From NCBI GenBank assembly GCA_002104905.1, contig MCFE01000461.1:1-64000 (forward strand): a DNA stretch of 64,000 nucleotides, given 5' to 3'. The notes beneath the pieces are model-generated. The model saw only the letters and a list, made by a program, of their open reading frames with translations. It had not been told where the DNA came from and made no database searches. Below are positions 61,436 through 64,000 of the stretch, one piece after another. Made by a program: the position numbers and the translations under genes. Every line of letters starts with the position of its first letter. Position 1 is the stretch's first letter. This DNA is from Basidiobolus meristosporus CBS 931.73 (Eukaryota; Fungi; Basidiobolomycota).

Positions 61436-64000
61436 GGCCCTTGTCTATAGTGAGAAGCCGAAAGTACTTGAGAATTTAAGGATGTATGGTTATTTTTGCA
61501 GTCTCCCGTGGATATAGGTCATATAATTAGGTTGTAGATGTGTAAGGGAATACAAGTACAGGGGTAGTGAGCGAAATCACGAAGTACGTCAAGTGATACG
61601 CTTGGGTGGAAATAGAAGAGGAATGCTGCTATTTAGTTGGGACTTCGTGGCCACAAGACTAGAGCAACAAAAATGGAGAAAAGGGGATGCTTAAAGGAGC
61701 CAATTTCGATAGGCTTAACCGTTAGGCTATAGGGAGCTTAGCGTGGGGAGGCCTGGGGACTTTTAAAGGAAATAGAAACACACTGATGACTAGTTCGAGC
61801 CCCATTTCCCTTTCATACAACCTTGCCTAAATGCACTTGAACTCCTTGACAGTAACGGAGAATTATGAAAGCAAATTATTCATTATGTTAGCCAATCATT
61901 TCGTTGACAAGGAGCAGCACAGCATTTTGCAGGTATCCAATCACGCATTTATCTATCTTCTCTGGCCGCCGTTCCTTTTTAATTACCGCTCTCTCTGGTA
62001 TCTGGCTGTAGCCTATTGACTGATGAGTTGTATAATAAACTAATATGCTCTTCAAGATGGAGCGCATGGGTCGATAATCGGTATTATCGCACAAAGAAAG
62101 CAATAAGCAGATGCTTTATTCGAACATCCAGCTATTATGAGCTCTCAGCTGGCTGATAGTGAGCGAGTAATCTGGAAAAAGGATCGAGCTAGATTTGTAA
62201 ATGCCTATATTAGTCCATGCAATTAGGGAACTAAGTAGCCCCATTGTGTAGAGCTGAAAACACTCCCGCACAATAATGTAATTTGGAAATTAGCTTGTGC
62301 ATGGCTTGGGAATTGTTAGTGCTTGCTATTGTCTCATTATCTCCCGGAAAGCTATTGAGATTAAGGGGGCTACGTGTTTGACAGTTTGCTGGATATTTGG
62401 ATTTTCTAAGATGGAATCAGGGCCGCTTGCTTAGGCTCTGTATGCTGGAGGCCAGCACCCATCATCAATCTGCTGACAAGAAGCGGGGTGAGTTTGCCTA
62501 CTTCCATGACAGCAGAAACATCCGCTCTATGGGCCCAAGTCAGGTCAGTCATTGGAATGAAAATACAGCAAGTGATAAAGTTTCGGCTGGAGGGTAGTCC
62601 TTGCCTTGACTAAAGGACATGCATGCCATGGGATAATGCTGCTCCAAGGACATCATGGTGCTTACCGGAGTATCTGGATGCAACCCCTATATCTTTTGGC
62701 CAAATATCATTGCTTGGGTCCGGAGAGCTTGAAATAAGTGGGCACACGTCGTTTAGGAACCTTCGACTCTTCTCTAAAAACATCATTACCACATCTGGTA
62801 TTGCTGGACACACTAATAGGTCGTGACGTTAAGACTAGGGCAGTTTAGTGCTCATCTTGCATGTAAGCGTCTACCAGCGTTTATCGAGCATAGCTCAGCT
62901 TTAAAGCTGGTTGTACCTGTAGTGCTAAATATACGATACCTCGCGATCACAGTATTTAGTCACAAGCCTTTGGCCGTTATTCGTCAACAGGACTTCACGT
63001 TGGGTACGTATGCTGCAGTAAAGAGCTATACCTGAGACTTTCCTCCAGTTGGACTTGTTTTGCGCTAACCTTACGACAGAATTGCTTTGATTGTTGATCC
63101 AAAATAGTTGCTTTAGCTAAGATGGCTGATCTATTAGTCAATGATTGATCAGGGTAATACGAAGATATTGCCAATGAAAAGAGTATGTGGCTCTCGCAAG
63201 CCATCATAAAGATACTTGGGGTGAAATCTAACTTACATAGGCCTGCTTGAAACAATGCAAGGGTGGCATGATCCCGAATCTATCCGCAGATGTAATGTCA
63301 TGTTTTTGTCTTCAGCCTTTGCGAATAGATCTGGCTACAAACGATGTGCAGCTACTATCTTTCCTTGATTAATGTACGCATGGATGTTGAACCAATTTAC
63401 ATATACACTAATACCAGCCTCTGCTGTAAATGCTTCAATAACGTTGATCGGTAGCCATAAATCTAGTCTGTTAATGTTGAGCTCGTTATGAAGTCTTCAG
63501 GGCTAGAGTGCATCTCTGGTGACGGTTGGAAGGCAATACGATTTCAACTCAACCTAGTGGGGTTGATGCTCTCATACTTGCCAAACCAACCTGCTCCAAA
63601 GTTGCGTGGATAGATTGCTCTCTAGTATTCCTGAGTCTGTTTTGTTGAGCAACTAGCCTTTTTTAATTCATACGTCACATGTCCAGATCCAGCAAAAGAA
63701 ACCTCATTGGTAATGGGTTACTCCACAGTTTGCTAATTTTTGATTCCAAATCAGATGAGCATAGTGTAATCGGAGTACGCTTATAGCTTCCTGTAAGTTA
63801 CACTCATTTGCGGCGAAGGCACTACGCATACTTTCAATTTTGCAACCATAGCTTTCCAGGACGCAACAACTTGTTGGGTTTAGCCTGCGCTTCCGCCAGA
63901 CAATAACTATCCCAGGTCATATCCATCCACGCGCTTTCCCTATCCGCAATCGCGGAAAAATTCAACCATAAGCGTACTCAACCCATCAATTTCAGAATCA

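Noticed and set aside
61860-63270. Possible small spliced gene on the minus strand (e.g. CPAIPDVVMMFLEKSRRFLNDVCPLISS)
   Set aside because: Some GT-AG-like boundaries exist, but I could not join a consistent long reading or recognise a motif.

Overview
This is fungal genomic DNA in two sharply different halves. The fungal call rests on a class IV chitin synthase, CreA, NudE, a Pan1-like gene and short GT-AG introns with CTAAC/CTGAC branch points. An early-diverging, TE-rich lineage such as Zoopagomycota is my inference only. Bases 1 to ~31.4 kb are a CpG-depleted graveyard of decayed, nested transposons. It holds two Ty3/Gypsy families (one with a chromodomain), a full-length Ty1/Copia with a 5-bp TSD and half-tRNA PBS, further Copia remnants, and at least seven solo LTRs with perfect or near-perfect TSDs. 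It also holds a CACTA/EnSpm-type transposase sitting head-to-head with an unidentified multi-copy accessory gene. Bases ~31.9 to 61.4 kb are a gene island with normal CpG. In order, it carries a multi-exon SHOC1/Zip2-like meiotic gene, an orphan ORF, nudE, a ZupT/GufA-type ZIP transporter, a Rab5/22-related GTPase and creA with clustered upstream SYGGRG sites. After those come a small spliced BRI3/LITAF-like gene missed by the ORF track, a Pan1/intersectin-like gene, a 7TM receptor-like gene, an F-box gene and a class IV chitin synthase. No rRNA, tRNA or CRISPR array was recognised. All alignments and family assignments were made by eye and from recalled motifs; no database search was run.
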